Of a stretch of 64,000 nt of DNA, positions 38,644 through 51,872 are shown piece after piece (positions within the stretch are counted from its first letter, which is position 1; each line of letters begins with the position of its first letter). Location: the NCBI GenBank assembly GCA_051362555.1, contig CM120647.1:13492651-13556650 (forward strand), in the 5' to 3' direction. The notes below the pieces were generated by a model that saw only the letters and a program-made list of their open reading frames with translations, was not told the origin of the DNA and made no database searches. This DNA comes from Lingula anatina (lineage: Eukaryota; Animalia; Brachiopoda). A program made the position numbers and the translations under genes.

Positions 38644-40877
38644 TAGTAATACAACTTACTGAGGATATAAGATAGACATAAACCGAGTAATGACTGCTCC
38701 CCAGTCTCCTCCCTGTACATAGTAAGACTTGTGTCCCAGACGCGTCATCAGCTTGTGGAATACCCTTGCTGCTGCTACCTGATTAAAGCCTAGTGAAGGA
38801 ATGTAACATGTTTAAATGGCAGATCATAAGCATATAAACCACATCTTGATTAGAGCTTAATTGAGCACAGGTTAGCAATATGTGTTGATCACAGATATAT
38901 CTTAACAGATAAATTCTGTGAAATAATGTCACAAAATTAAAATTATTTAGTTCACCACCTCCTGATGCTACCATGCAATCATTTTCAGGTAACTCTCTGA
39001 ACACAATTTAAATAAATCATGTCCACTCTGGAAGTCAGTGGCAAAAATGAGCTCGAAGGCATGGGAGAATTTGAAAGACCCATGTTTCAAATTGGCTCAA
39101 GAACTCTTCAATTTTAATGCCTTCTAGTTACAGATCTGGGACATATAATGATAGAAATAAATAGCCATTCACCTTGCTTGTTAGGAGCTTCTGACAAGCC
39201 ATATCCTGGGATAGATGGTAGCACCAGTTCAAAGACAAGCCCATTTTGAGGTTTGGTTAGCAGTGGGATCATCTTGTAAAACTCATAAAATGACCCTGGC
39301 CATCCATGAACCAGCAAAAGGGGGCGAACAACAACATCTGAAAGAAGAAAGATTTTGAAAAAATTAATAAAAAATATTGTTTACTTGCAGAACATTTTAT
39401 GCATATGTGCTTATAAGTTTTAACAGCATGAATAAAGAGTTTCAAAAAAATATATGATAACTATTATGTTGATATCTTGATGATAAATAATATTACTTGT
39501 GTTCATTCACAATTTCAGAGATGGCTATTATGATGACGTGTACCGTGTACAGTAATTACAATAGATTAAATATTTTTAAACAAAATTCTTTTTTTTTTCA
39601 AGTTTAATCTAAGGAAAGTAAAACTGAAAAAAAAAATGCTTAATTAAATGTCTGTTGTGCCTCCACATTTAATTTCTTTTAAATAATTTGACCTTTATCT
39701 TTGACATCAGGTTTGATGTGTACAAAGTGGACAAATATCCCCTCAATCTGAGTCTTGTAGTGCTGGTATTCATTTAGCTTCTGTTCTGTTTTTCTCCAGT
39801 CATATTCCTCTCTCCAGTACTTGACAACCTGGAAGAAAATATAATAGAATGGTAGATGATAGAAAATCAATCAATAAATACATTAATTAATGGAGAATGA
39901 AAGAATGAAAGAGCAAATAAACAAGTTCATAAAATTACAAAATTTTAACAATAAATTCACAAATTAACAGTCGAATTCATACAAAATCTTGATGGCATAA
40001 TTACTTTTCTTATTGTAGTACTTTTAAAGATATAATTCTCAATTTATGGCTATTTTATACAAAAAAAAAAAAAAAAAAAAAAAAATAAAAAGTATTTCGG
40101 AATGTTCACAGAGCATCAATTGAGACTGAATGAAATTGAATATTTTGATATTGTACTAGTAATTAAAATTAAAGAGATAACAACTCTTCATTTTAGTAGG
40201 CATAGTGCCATAAAAAAGGGTTTAAACTGTGCTGTTCTCATACATACTTATGATGAATGAATCCTTACCAGCATTGAAAGTTAGTCATTTATCTAAGTGT
40301 GCCTATTTATAAAACCTCCCAAGAGATTATAACAGAGGGTAGCCAGAGGCAAGCACAGATTTCAGAATTATTGTGAAAAGCCATGTTTTGATGAAAAATG
40401 GAATGTATAACATTTCTATGTGTTCTTTTTAATGCGTTTATTGTGGAAGTTTGAATCTCATATGAAAAGTTGTTATAACTTTAAAACTGAGGGGTTGATG
40501 GTGATGGTGGTGGTGATGGTGTGTGTGTAGGGGTGGGCAATCTGAGATTTGAATTTATCATTATCTGTGGGTTATCTTACCTCTTTCATATAGTCCACAT
40601 TAAAGCCGTAACGGAAATTGGCACCTTCCAAACCGTCAAAATACCTTGTCTTGCTCAGCCTCTGTTTCAAGTCATCAAGTATCACGTCTGACACCATTAT
40701 CTTGATACCTTTTAAGGTCGGGTCATCTTCTTTCTTCTTTTCGCCTTTTCCCCACCAACCATCTGGAATCTCTGGGGGGTCAGGGTCGCTGTCATAGAAA
40801 CCTGTCAACAAAAGGGTGGTTGCTATGGAAACAGCAATGGGGATCACCACACAACAGCAGCATAATCCACGCTTCAT
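36188..40877 (-). CDS. EPHX1: Microsomal epoxide hydrolase 1 (~463 aa, 7 coding exons)
   Basis: Exons 40877-40581 (membrane anchor, GWWG, DDLKQRL, FRYGFN), 39828-39693 (YWREEYDWR), 39337-39173 (HGWPGS, PSIPGYG), 38789-38660 (GGDWG nucleophile), 37553-37348 (TKPDT), 36955-36733 (DSPVGLAAYILEKF, RFYKE) and 36422-36188 (FPHE, GGHFAAFEEP). Confidence 0.96.
38080..38640 (-). repeat. Helentron/HINE-like intronic element with ~3 degenerate units
   Basis: Units containing cacatcc(c/a)tgatgacag..aaatttca at ~38140, 38315 and 38465; terminal hairpin cccctactttt...aaaagtgaaggg followed by (AAT)n. Confidence 0.5.
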
Positions 40878-40921
40878 CCTGAAATAGAAAAGTGACTCTA
40901 AAAGCCAGCCAATAAAAATTA

Positions 40922-42487
40922 TTAAGTGCAAGTTTTTCTAACCACCAGGCAAATCAGCCAAAAAGCGGCAAGGTGGGGTTCTCACAGAATATACTCATTT
41001 TGCCCACAGTTAATCACCTTTGTGACCTTAATTTAACTGTAAAATATTAAAGCTTTCCGTTGCGTTATTGTCGAGATACAGCCATATTCATACTTCACTG
41101 CCTCGCGTGGCTCCCGTCTCACTTTTCAGCTGTGTGAGTGGTGTATTTTTCATCGAAGTTTGCTTCACAAATGTGCATCAAGTGATCAGTACATTACTTC
41201 GGTCAATACCACAATTGAAAGATGGATATATAATCTTTATAACGACAGAGATTTATATCATAAATCCGTTGCTATGGTTACAAACTACCGAGGTTATTTG
41301 GGGTCACTTGATGACTGCCGCAGATACCCACCCTGTCAATAGCCTTATATCTCCACTAGTAGAGCACCTTAGATAATATCATTGATATTTACTGAAAATA
41401 TGGACAAGGGGCCTACCATAAATTAAAACACTGGCGTGGCCTTTTCCCTACAAATTTTGCAACAGCGACGCAAATTCTTCTATTTTCTGGCTACATTATC
41501 GTAAAACATTTTTGCTTCCCACAGTTTCGATTTGCATTCAAGAATGTTTAAGTTAATTTCAACGTTACTTAGGGACTAATTAACTTAAATAGTCTTCTGT
41601 ACTTTTTATTTATTGATTCCTGGATATTAAGTATATGCTAAGTTCAAATATGGGGGTAAACATGCATTCGAAACTAAATTCGTGTAGGCGGCCATGACAG
41701 TTTCAAGTAGCAGTGGTGGAAAACGTGCGATGAATGCACTGCAGATTTTCCGAATTTCAAGCAGCAAAGCGCATACTTTGTTGTTCTGTAGACCGTTACA
41801 AAGACGGAAAGGTTGTGCGATACTCAGGAGATACGACTGAGATGATTGGGGTCACCTCCCGATGCTAAAAGTTACATGCAGAGTGAGAGGCTAATGAGAG
41901 GCAATGTCATCAGATCAGAGGAATGGAGAGTGAGCTCGACTCAGTCGTGTGTCCAGCGCATTGTCAGATGCTATGGATACTTTGGGGAGCTGCAAGAACA
42001 CGTCAACTACTTCTTCGAACCAAGTTATTATTGTAGGACTTTCCTTGCTCGGACCAAGCGGGAGCTTTCATGCACAGTGTATCCAAATTTTTATCAAGAC
42101 AAAGCCAAGATATTCAGTTCGTTGGGCCCAGGTAATTAAAAAGTTGACATTCGTCACATCTTTATAATTAATTAACACACCGAATTTTCATACAGACAGA
42201 AGGTTGATAATGGTATGATATCTGTGTTGTTTGAATTAAATATGCATAGTAATTAGACAAGTGAAGCTAAGTCATCATCTAAATACTGCTATCTCTGACC
42301 CTCAGAACCACAGCAAATTTGTTATTACGTAAAGTGAAAAGAGCTTATGTTTGTACTGTACATGTTAGCAGTGTAAACTTTTTTTTTGGATGAGCAACAA
42401 GTTACAGAACCCTCACAACTAAATAATACTGCTTTTATAGATCATTGCTAGTGATTAAAAGGGTAACAATCATATCACAATTACATG

Positions 42488-42539
<52 letters not shown>

Positions 42540-43097
42540 AAGTTTAGTTGTAGCCTAAAATGGGGTTTCATGGTAAATTTTGTTGGTTGAAAATTAAAAC
42601 CATTCAGTTGATTAAAGAATAAATTTTTGTTGTTATTTTAGCTAGAAGATGTTAATTTGGAGACTGGTCAGAAAGAGCATGCAGCCAGGAATCAGATATA
42701 TATGGCAAAGAAAACAGTGATTAATCCAAGCACCCGAAAAAGAAGTTTTGTGAAGAGGATTGACTTACTGGCCAACAAACTAAAATGTATTTTTGATGTT
42801 TATCTACTTTGAACAAGTATTTGTATCTACAGTGGAAGGACACCAATGACCTGACAGATAGCTAATGTCAGCCATGATGATCCAAGCAAGTAGCAAGGAG
42901 ATCCCCCAAGAGGAAGTAATTTATGGGAGCTTCATTAAATGATGAAAACTGACACTTTTAGATGACCTTTTTTTACAAGGAGCTTTTCAGACATGAATTT
43001 TTGCCCCAGAAACGTGGAATTCCGCATTTTTTAATTCAATTCAAGGTGTCCCGGACCTCTGGCCGCTTAGTTGTTGAGTCCCATGATAAATGTTCGG

Positions 43098-43129
<32 letters not shown>

Positions 43130-44993
43130 GAAACCTAGGATCATGGCTGCTTTTTTTCTGTTTCATTTTACTGAAGATATCCGTGAATGCCACCTCTAAA
43201 TGGGATAAGATTTTACTGAGGTGATAGATACAATACGAGTCGCCGAGCTGTACGTGAAATATTACGAGTGTATTGGCGAGCCGCAGGCGAGACAATACAC
43301 GAGTAATTTTCACGTACAGCTCGGCGACGAGTGTTGTATCTGGCTTAAACCACGGCCTCTGATAGGCTACTACACTAGTAGTGCAACAGACCGTGGAACG
43401 CACTCGTACATGACGTGCTTGTATGTCGAATACAGCACGGCAGAGTCTTTTGTTCTACGCGCTAGCCGTGGTTTAAATATTGATATTGAATATCATATTT
43501 TTATTCCTTGGAGCAAAAGATCAGTTTGACTTATATATTTGAAAGCAGCAATATATGTTCCTGGTCCTGAGTAGTGCAAAATAATCCATGAATTACACCA
43601 TTACATAAGTTCAACTTATTTCTTCATTCTTCTCAGGAAGGGGATTCAGTTGGATAATATAGATTTGCATTACTTTGATGTTTTTGTAGAATGAAAATGA
43701 AGTGTACTTTTTTTTTTTTTGAAACATTCACTTAAATCTTGAGTCAAAACTTTGTCGGTGTCTTATTCAGTTAAGGGTGACAGGAGTAGTCTTGAATGGC
43801 AGTTACAATGCCTTCCACCCATTTATTAAGTTATTGGTAATAAGTATTTTCCAGTTTGAAGATTTCAATTGTTTGCTACACTTTCAAATAATTTGCTTAT
43901 TTATACTTAAACTTTAAAGATCCAATAAAGAGATGATTATGCATAATGAAACATTGTTGATTGATTTAAAGCTGTGTGTGTGATTGGTGCCCACTTGTGT
44001 CCAATAATTGTTGAAGTAGTAGATGAAAAGAAAAGTTAAAGGAAAACAGTTTTCTTTATATGATTAAATGTAATAAAAATGTGGGTTGTTTGTTGTTTTA
44101 TTTTCTGAATAATTAAATTTATTAGACTAAAAGTATTTTTAATTAATTTTGTAAGCTATAGTATTACAGGGAATACCATTCCCAGGTGTACAATCGAGTT
44201 GGAAGCTATTGAGCAAAGGGTAAAAACTTGAGGCCAAGTAGCAGGTTGAAAAGGGTTTATGTCTTAACCAAAGCTACATAAGTTTCGATCACAAGTCATC
44301 AAAATATGAATATGACGGTTTAAATCCCAAAGGTGGGCTCTGTTATAGGGCAATTGCCTATTCTTGTAAAGTCTATTGTTCATGTCTGCCGTGATTAGAG
44401 TAATTGAGCAGGTATTACTGGCCAAGACAAGAGCAACACCCATTCAAATTTTACAATTTTCGGATATTTTAATATTAAAATATATCGCCAACAAAAGAAA
44501 AGGCCACGAGGATCTCTTTTGTACTTTATATTTTTAATGTTCCTTTACAAACCCATACAGGTTTGACAGCCATCGGACCTCTACTAGTGGGTATATGACC
44601 CTCTGAAAATTGCCATGCTTAAACTTAGTTTTGGGGGGTGGGGTGAAAAAAGTGGGTACAGTGTGGACAAGGTGGGTTATATTTTTAGTTTGAAAGTCTT
44701 GGGGGGAAGAATATTGATCAACAAAATACATCATACATGTACATAGTAAATATATTGCTAGATAAGAGTATAATAAGCATATATATGAGTGACGTGTATG
44801 ATAACTGAAAATCTGCTTCGAAAGCTGGAAAAACAGAAAATTGGGCATAAATCCCTTGAAATACAGTTTTATGGCATAACATTTGGCAGAAGTTAAAAGG
44901 GTCCTCAGGCAAGTATTTCAGCCCAATAAGGTCAAATTCTGTGAACCCCCACCTTGCCGCACTTGTCTGGTGCTTAAAAAAACTGGCACTTAA
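40922..44993. mobile_element. ~4-kb decayed TIR DNA transposon with TTAA at both ends (Kolobok/piggyBac-type target), directly upstream of the first coding exon of EPHX1
   Basis: Left ttaagtgcaagtttttctaaccaccaggcaaat..gcggcaaggtggggttctcacagaat; reverse complement of right end ttaagtgccagtttttttaagcaccagacaagtgcggcaaggtgggggttcacagaat. Internal stop-interrupted reading frame at ~41690-42132 ends in a GT donor. Confidence 0.65.
43221..43477. repeat. Second copy of the palindromic element, joined to a further hairpin (ttaaaccacggc...gccgtggtttaa)
   Basis: Core is nearly identical to 27053-27180. Confidence 0.75.
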
Positions 44994-46484
44994 ATGCAGA
45001 GTAGGAATTGGGACTCATGTGTCACTTGATGTTACTCTGATGGTAAAATAGTAGCGGTGAATACTTACATGTACTTTGAATTTGAGAGAGACTTAAATCA
45101 CTGGACATCATATCTTAAAAATCTTGTGGTGATATTACTTTAATTTACTGACCATCATGAAGAAGTAACACTAGAGTCAAGCTAATTAAAGGTTTAACTC
45201 TATTGTGCTCATTTATAATGAGTAACGTCCTAGTTTGTATATGCATTCTAGTATTTATACTTGTATGTAATTAATGTTTTATATTTCCATAGTTACTAGT
45301 AGTTGAACGTACAAAATGCTATTTATATGTTTATTTATACATTATTTATTGTTTCATTGTATTTGTGTGTTCATTAATGTGTTAGAATAACATAAATGAA
45401 ACTTTTTACAACACCACCCCTCTTTTTTGAACAGATTGTGTAACATGAACACAATGCATGTTTGTTCGCTGCGTTATCAACAGACAATGGTTTGGTGATT
45501 CATTGCAGCATATGGGGTGTTATCTCCTGTCTAAACAGACTGTGACCACACTGGTGTCAGCTCTAGTAACAAAAGGTAACAAACAGATAACAATATAGAG
45601 CGTTCTTTCTGAGCTTAATTGTATATTTATAAATACCCACATAAAGCTATTATTATGTGTACTGTATTTGCATGCACACTCAGCATAATCAGAAAACCAG
45701 AAGCCACACCCTCACCAAACATGCATGCGCAGACACCAAACACACAAATTCCCGCCTTAGTTGCTTGATCAGTTTTAAGAATGTATGTCCTTATAAATAC
45801 AATTTGGAATTCAAGCAAGAAAATGTACTGTATGCGTTAATTTGCAATTTCTATTTACTTACATATCTGCATATCGGAGACCGCATACAGAAATGATAAA
45901 GCATTAAATCCCGTGGTAATGCAGAGAGAAAGTCAAAAAGTAAGGCCATGACTATAAGTTTTATCACCTGAAGGCTGTACAAATACAAATGCACTAGTGT
46001 ATTAGTGTAAATGTACATGTAGTACTGTGAGAGCGGTAGTAGCACCTACCTATTGCATTCACTGTACGACTCTGTCTACGTGCTCACCTTCAGTTCCCTA
46101 CACGGTTTAATGTCCCTTTTATTTAGATTTGCAGCATGTTATATATAATCGCTGATTAAGACGTTATGTCAGCCCGACTGTGAGAATTTCAATTACCCCA
46201 GGTTAATGTGTGGGTCGAGTATCAATGCGACCTTCAAACCGGAAGTTTATGTTTAAGCTAGTTCCCCGCTGTCGTGATTGGTTCTGTGATGCAGGGTCAC
46301 CGTAATAACCTCATACCGCGTCACTTAATTAAGGACAACAATACATATTAAACAAATCAGGCAAAATGGAATGTTTACTCAGTGCCATTTTTTAAAGATT
46401 GTTTTCAAGGGTGTGTATGAGGCCGTGTGTTTATTTTTCTTTTGTGTCGGCCTACAACGTTAACGTACCCAGCGGTGATGCCGT

Positions 46485-46732
46485 CAGTGGCGGATTTTAA
46501 GAGGGGGGGGGGGGGGCGTTTCTAAATATTATATCTCACCAATATTCCCCTCTTGAAATTAGAATTTTGATTATAGTTCTAAATTATAGTTCTAAACCGC
46601 TCTCCAAAACATCAAAAAAATCTCGGGGTCCTCGAGCAGAACCCCACACCAACGAAGGGGGCGATGGTCGGTTTTGCATCAGAGGCCTGTCGTTCCGGAC
46701 TCCCCCCTCAAATAATCCTGGATCCGCCCCTG
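46485..46732. mobile_element. MITE with CAGTGGCGGAT...ATCCGCCCCTG termini
   Basis: Short TIRs and G/C homopolymer tracts; related element at ~55221-55389 (caggggcggatcc...cggcccctg). Confidence 0.5.
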
Positions 46733-47624
46733 CTAGTTAGCAGAGTAGTCTGTGGGGGAGGGGGGGGGGGTACTTGCCCTAGTGCTGATACACTAGTTTA
46801 TATCACAGATGCGTTTTGTATTTAAAATAAAATGAAATATAATAAAATACAAATTAATTGATAAATAAAACGTTATTTTATTAAATATAATAAGCCTGTT
46901 TCCAGAAAGGGACATTTTAAAAACATGCTTATAATTGTATCAGTCCACATTGCTTCAGGTTTAATTTGAGCAAATGTTCTTTGGCGTAGCTATATTAACA
47001 ATACAGATATTTTAATCCAATCATGAGTAGGCCTACATGTACTCAGTAGTTACGTGATACTAAAAATAAAACTTGTCGGGAAATACCAGGTCAATAAATA
47101 TTCTATTTCATGTGGGTTTTTCCGTTTCGTATCTGACAGACAAAAGGCTTGTTTTAGCCATACGGGTATAAGTTCAGTGCATGTATAGGCCTTATTAGTA
47201 AAAGTCATCAGACAAGGAAAACGGGATAGACATCGACATTCGATCTAAACAGTAGGCCTACGTAAACCGACACGTCCACTGTAAGCACATATTTTGGTAT
47301 ACTATTTTGCTATTTACTGATACGTTATGCGTTCGATGACAACTTACAATTTAAACATTTCATTTCTGATCATATTTGATAAGTTACATGTAAATGTTGG
47401 TCTACATTAAGGCATAGCTAAGCTATATTACCCCGTAGTAGACCTACCTGTACGACCAACTGCTAAAATAAGACATTGAATAGTAAGGTGAGTTTACATT
47501 GAACATAGGTCGATCCTTCTATGTAATCGGGCGTGTGCCACCGGTTGAGATGACGGTGGAAGAGAAGAAAGAAGGGTTTACCAGTCTGTGCGTAGACTAT
47601 CGGGACCCACAGCTGAGGGTGGTG

Positions 47625-47663
<39 letters not shown>

Positions 47664-47902
47664 GGGAGGGGGGATATGTGCGGGGGTGGGGGGGGGAGGG
47701 CGGCGGACGTCGATCGATCCATCTTTTAAGCTGACAAGTCTTTTCTAAGGTGTGACAGTACTACCCAGTACTTTATTGACAGGATAGGGAATTAGTCAAT
47801 AGAGTAAAAAGTGATTACCGTCTTCATCTATTACTGTATTTATTTATTTATTTAATTTTTTTAATTTTACTGAAACGATCACTATTGGGTTACAGGACCA
47901 AG

Positions 47903-49341
47903 ATGGCAGCTAACTTTGTTGTCAGTACAGCAGCAGCTCTGTCTGAGGCAAATAAAGCTCTGCAGAACATCAAGGAAGGCCTTTATCAAGTCAAGGTACG
48001 TTATAGCGGAATCCGACTATTGCTGAATAATGTGTTTAAATGCCAAGCTTACTCGTGAATATTCAAATATATTAATTCGTTGTATAAAGACAGTGCATCC
48101 GTGCGCGGTCTTTTAAGTTAAAAATTAAAACCTGTAACATCGCTGGCAGTGAATCCTCCCTGAGCAATATCAGTTGTTTCACTGTATACATGGCATAATC
48201 TTATTGATATGACAATCAAGGAAAAGAGGACGTTGATGAAATGTTGACAAAACATTGAAACTGCCGAGAAAATTCAAGAAAAATAATTTATTAAAAAAAA
48301 AACTTACTGACACGTCGACGGGTATTCTAGGTGCCTGATAAGCCGATTCTAATTCATAACATAAATTCTACAAGTATTCATATCATAGTAAATAATCTAG
48401 AATGATATAAATTATCATGTGATTGCAAATTTACTATTTACAGACTAAATCCTTTCTTTTATAGGTCTCCCAGACGGATGCTACCGAGCTGCAAAGAAAA
48501 CTCGAAGGAGAGTTGTTTGAAAAGTGGGAAGAGGGATGTGAGGTGATGGCAGCCAAAAACATTGCCATTGCGAACATCACTCAATATCTGGATCATATGC
48601 AGAAAGCCTACGAAGGTACGTCTGCCATAGCAGTGATATCAGATTTTTCTTTCTTTCTTTCTTTTTTTTTTTTTTTTTTTTTTTTGGGGGGGGGGGTTAA
48701 ATAGATAGATAAATTGATAGATCGCAGTCAAGCAAAAAGTTTTCAGATAAATAAATGGACAGGTAGTTGAAAACCAACAAATAAATAAATAAATTGTTCT
48801 CGTACGTGTAGCCAAGCTAAATAGCTGAGTGCTTATGAATATGGATCTTGCAAAAACATTTTTAGACTAAATAGGCCTATGTGCCTTTTTTTATCTTTCT
48901 ATTGCTACAGGCATAGACGCCGACATGCGGGAGAAAATGAACGGAATCCATTGGTCCGAAGACTGGCACTACAAGATCATGGAATTCAAGTTCAACAAGA
49001 AAGATCAGTCGGGAGCCAGGTACGGGATGGTGGCCTTCGGAAAGTCCGCTGACGGTCAGTCCGTCGACTGTATGTACGTCCTGTACAAAATGGACTTCAA
49101 GATCGCCCCGCAGAGGATCGTCACGGAGAAGAATCACAGCGCTGTCTTTGGTCTTTTCCAATGGACCACCCACGAAGAGAAAATTGTAGAAAGAGATCTC
49201 GGGCTTAAGTCTGTCCAACTGCTTCAGAATTTCTTTCGCGTGAAAGCTCTCCAAGGGTTCTACAAAGAGGGGGTGATAGATTCCATCAACTATGTACCTT
49301 CCATAGAAGATGTTGGGGAAGCCATAATAGACGCACAGTAG
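47903..49341 (+). CDS. Uncharacterised ~224-aa protein, 3 coding exons, no signal peptide
   Basis: Exons 47903-47995 (MAANFVV..YQVK), 48465-48615 and 48911-49341. GT-AG boundaries, phases 0/1, coding-like GC content; possible 5'UTR donor near 47483-47488. Confidence 0.85.
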
Positions 49342-49406
49342 TGAATTAGAACTGACAGTTGATATCCTGGCAAGAATAATGATATTGAAAGTGGAACCAG
49401 TTTAGA

Positions 49407-51052
49407 TGCATGACTCAGCAGTACTTGTTCTACAACGATATATAAATACTTTTACTTTTACTTGTGATTTTTTGTGGGGTTTTCGTTTCGTATGTACTTT
49501 TTAATGCAAAGATAATTTGAAAAAAATCCATCTTACAGCCGAACACTTTACATAGGCAATATATGCACGAACAATTTTTTTTTTCGTCTAAATCAACAAC
49601 CTATAGTTATGCTTGTAACTCTATAGGCCCCTATATTTAAGTGCTCGTCGTAATTTTGAAGAGTGTTTTCCAAATCTTTAGGGCCTTAGGCGAAATTAAT
49701 TCTTGGTGTTGTGTGTGTGTGTGTGTGTGGGGGGGGGGGGGGTATGTACAATGCATGCTGACAATTAGTACCTACTGTACATGACGTTCGTCTACATGTA
49801 GACGCCTACTGAAGACAAGGTGCTGTGTTTGAGACTCTCGAAGAGCTTAGACAAAGGATAAGGAATTTCCCCCCAGCCACCGCCCTCCCTCTCTGATACC
49901 TGTGGCCCAGTAGCAGAAGTAATAGTATTGTTATCTAAAAAGTTATTATAGTGTATTAGGCCCTCAATATAATGAGCAATATTAATTATCTGCCACATTG
50001 AGGTTGGTTCATCCAAATACTTATACATTGTACCTGAACTTTGGGTTTTTGGAAAAAAGAATGCCTCATAAGTACACCTAGCGACTATTTTATAACCCGT
50101 GATTCCACTGCATATACAAACTGTCCCCTATAAGTACACCAAATCATTCAGTATTTTAAAAATGTGTAGTTTTATACAGAATAGGACTGCTCCCTGCTAG
50201 ATTTCACCATTAAAGAGATTCTTTTCTGGTCTTTAAACAAAGTGGGCGTTAAAGAAAGAAAGAGAGAAGAGAAACTGTTTGCTCAGTGTCATATTTTGAA
50301 TTTTTTGTATGAGGCAATAAATATTTTTAGGGCGGCTGCTTTTCTTTTGTATCGGTCTACACCCCAGCCTTCCTGACAATGATGGTAAATGCATTTATTT
50401 ATCAGCAGTCGCCAGCGTTTTTTGCTTAAAAGAAAAACTGTTGATTTTCAAAAGAAAAACTACTGATTTTCAATAGCCTGTATATTTTTCGACTGATTTA
50501 TAATTCCACCGTACAAAGTACTTGACCAGATGTTCGTTTACATTTGTAGCGATCAGCAAGCCCATTAACTACAGTTGAAATAATGGCACGAATAATGTTA
50601 TTGAAAGTGAAACTATAAAAAAGTCCGTTTTCTGGAAAACCGGGTTAAATGCATGACTCAGCAGTACTTGTTCTACAACTATACCTTGGAATTTTTATGT
50701 GGGCTTTTCGTTTCGTATGCACTTTTTAATGCAAAGATATTTGAAAAAAAATCCATTTCAAAGCCGAACACGTTATATAGGCTGTACACGGATGTACAAT
50801 TTATTTTTTCGTCTAAATCAATATCGTATTACTGTGGTTGGAATGCTATATGGTTTAGTGTCCGTCGTAAATTTGAATAGTGTTTTCTATATCTTCAAGG
50901 CCTTCGGGAGAAATTAATGCTTTGGGTTGGGGGAGGCAAATCTTGAAAAAAGTTCGTTGTCTGGAAAACCAGGTTAAATGCATGACTCAGCGTCACTTTT
51001 CCTGTAACTTCAATGCCTTGGGTTTTTTTTCTGTGGGCTTTTTGTTTCGTAT
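49407..51052 (+). repeat. Local duplications of the region just 3' of the 224-aa gene
   Basis: atgcatgactcagcagtacttgttctacaac...gttttcgtttcgtatg..aatgcaaagata at 49407-49700 recurs at ~50649-50925 and partly at ~50978-51052. Confidence 0.75.
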
Positions 51053-51065
51053 CTGGCAGACAAAA

Positions 51066-51361
51066 GAGGGTCCCATTGGGGGTAGTGGTCACAGGGCACG
51101 GGCACTAAATAATCAATTCACAAATCGCGGGAAATAAAATTTAAATAATATCTCATTGATAATGCGCGTCAATAATCCTGAAAATCAAGAATCACCGGGT
51201 ATAATGATTTCGTTACACAAAAGATGAAGAATAAGAAGCCGCATTTACGATTCACGAGAATGGGTTTTTCCACGAATCACGCAAAAAGAAAATGAACGTT
51301 TCTGGAGGAAACATTTATATACAGGCTTTCACAGGAAACAAAAATACCCTATGGGAGCCTC
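51066..51361. mobile_element. Small Sola-like MITE
   Basis: TIRs gagggtcccattggg / ccctatgggagcctc, with internal aatcac(g) repeats. Superfamily is inferred from the GAG termini only. Confidence 0.4.
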
Positions 51362-51872
51362 ACAAAAGGCTTGCTTGCCCCATATAAGGGTCGAAGCAAA
51401 ATAGTTTCGCAGGTTTAGGCTCTGTGTATTATATAGGTTATGGCACCAATCGGCAATCTTCGGCTGATTCCGCAAGCTCCATACTATATATCTGGGCTTG
51501 GCCCGCAGTTAGGATAAAGAGTTCGTGAAGATTTGAATTGTAAACGCACCTTCCTGTGGCAGCGCTATTAATTCACGGTGATGTGTATTAATTCACGGTG
51601 ATGTGTGGGCGCATTCCCATATATTTTAGATCGATCTATCCCCGTGGGGAGTCTCACTAGATTACTGTCAGATAATCCGGCTTAAATGTCCGTCCCGCCT
51701 ACTACAAGCTGTAAGGGCGTAATTAACTTTCGTGCCCGCTCGGCAGACAGCTATTTAGCGTGAACCCCCAGGGAGTTAGGTCGATCTAGTTGGATCGATC
51801 TAATCTCTGGGAATGGGGTCTTAGGCCTATATTTCAGGTATTGAAAGCAGCGAACTTAACACACACACACAC

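Noticed and set aside
41846-42139. 97-aa ORF as a host gene
   Set aside because: The same frame has several upstream stops and lies within a TIR-bounded element, so it is treated as a transposon relic.
42873-42952. C/D-box snoRNA candidate (ATGATGA...CTGA)
   Set aside because: No convincing terminal stem or recognisable rRNA antisense element, and it lies inside a transposon relic.
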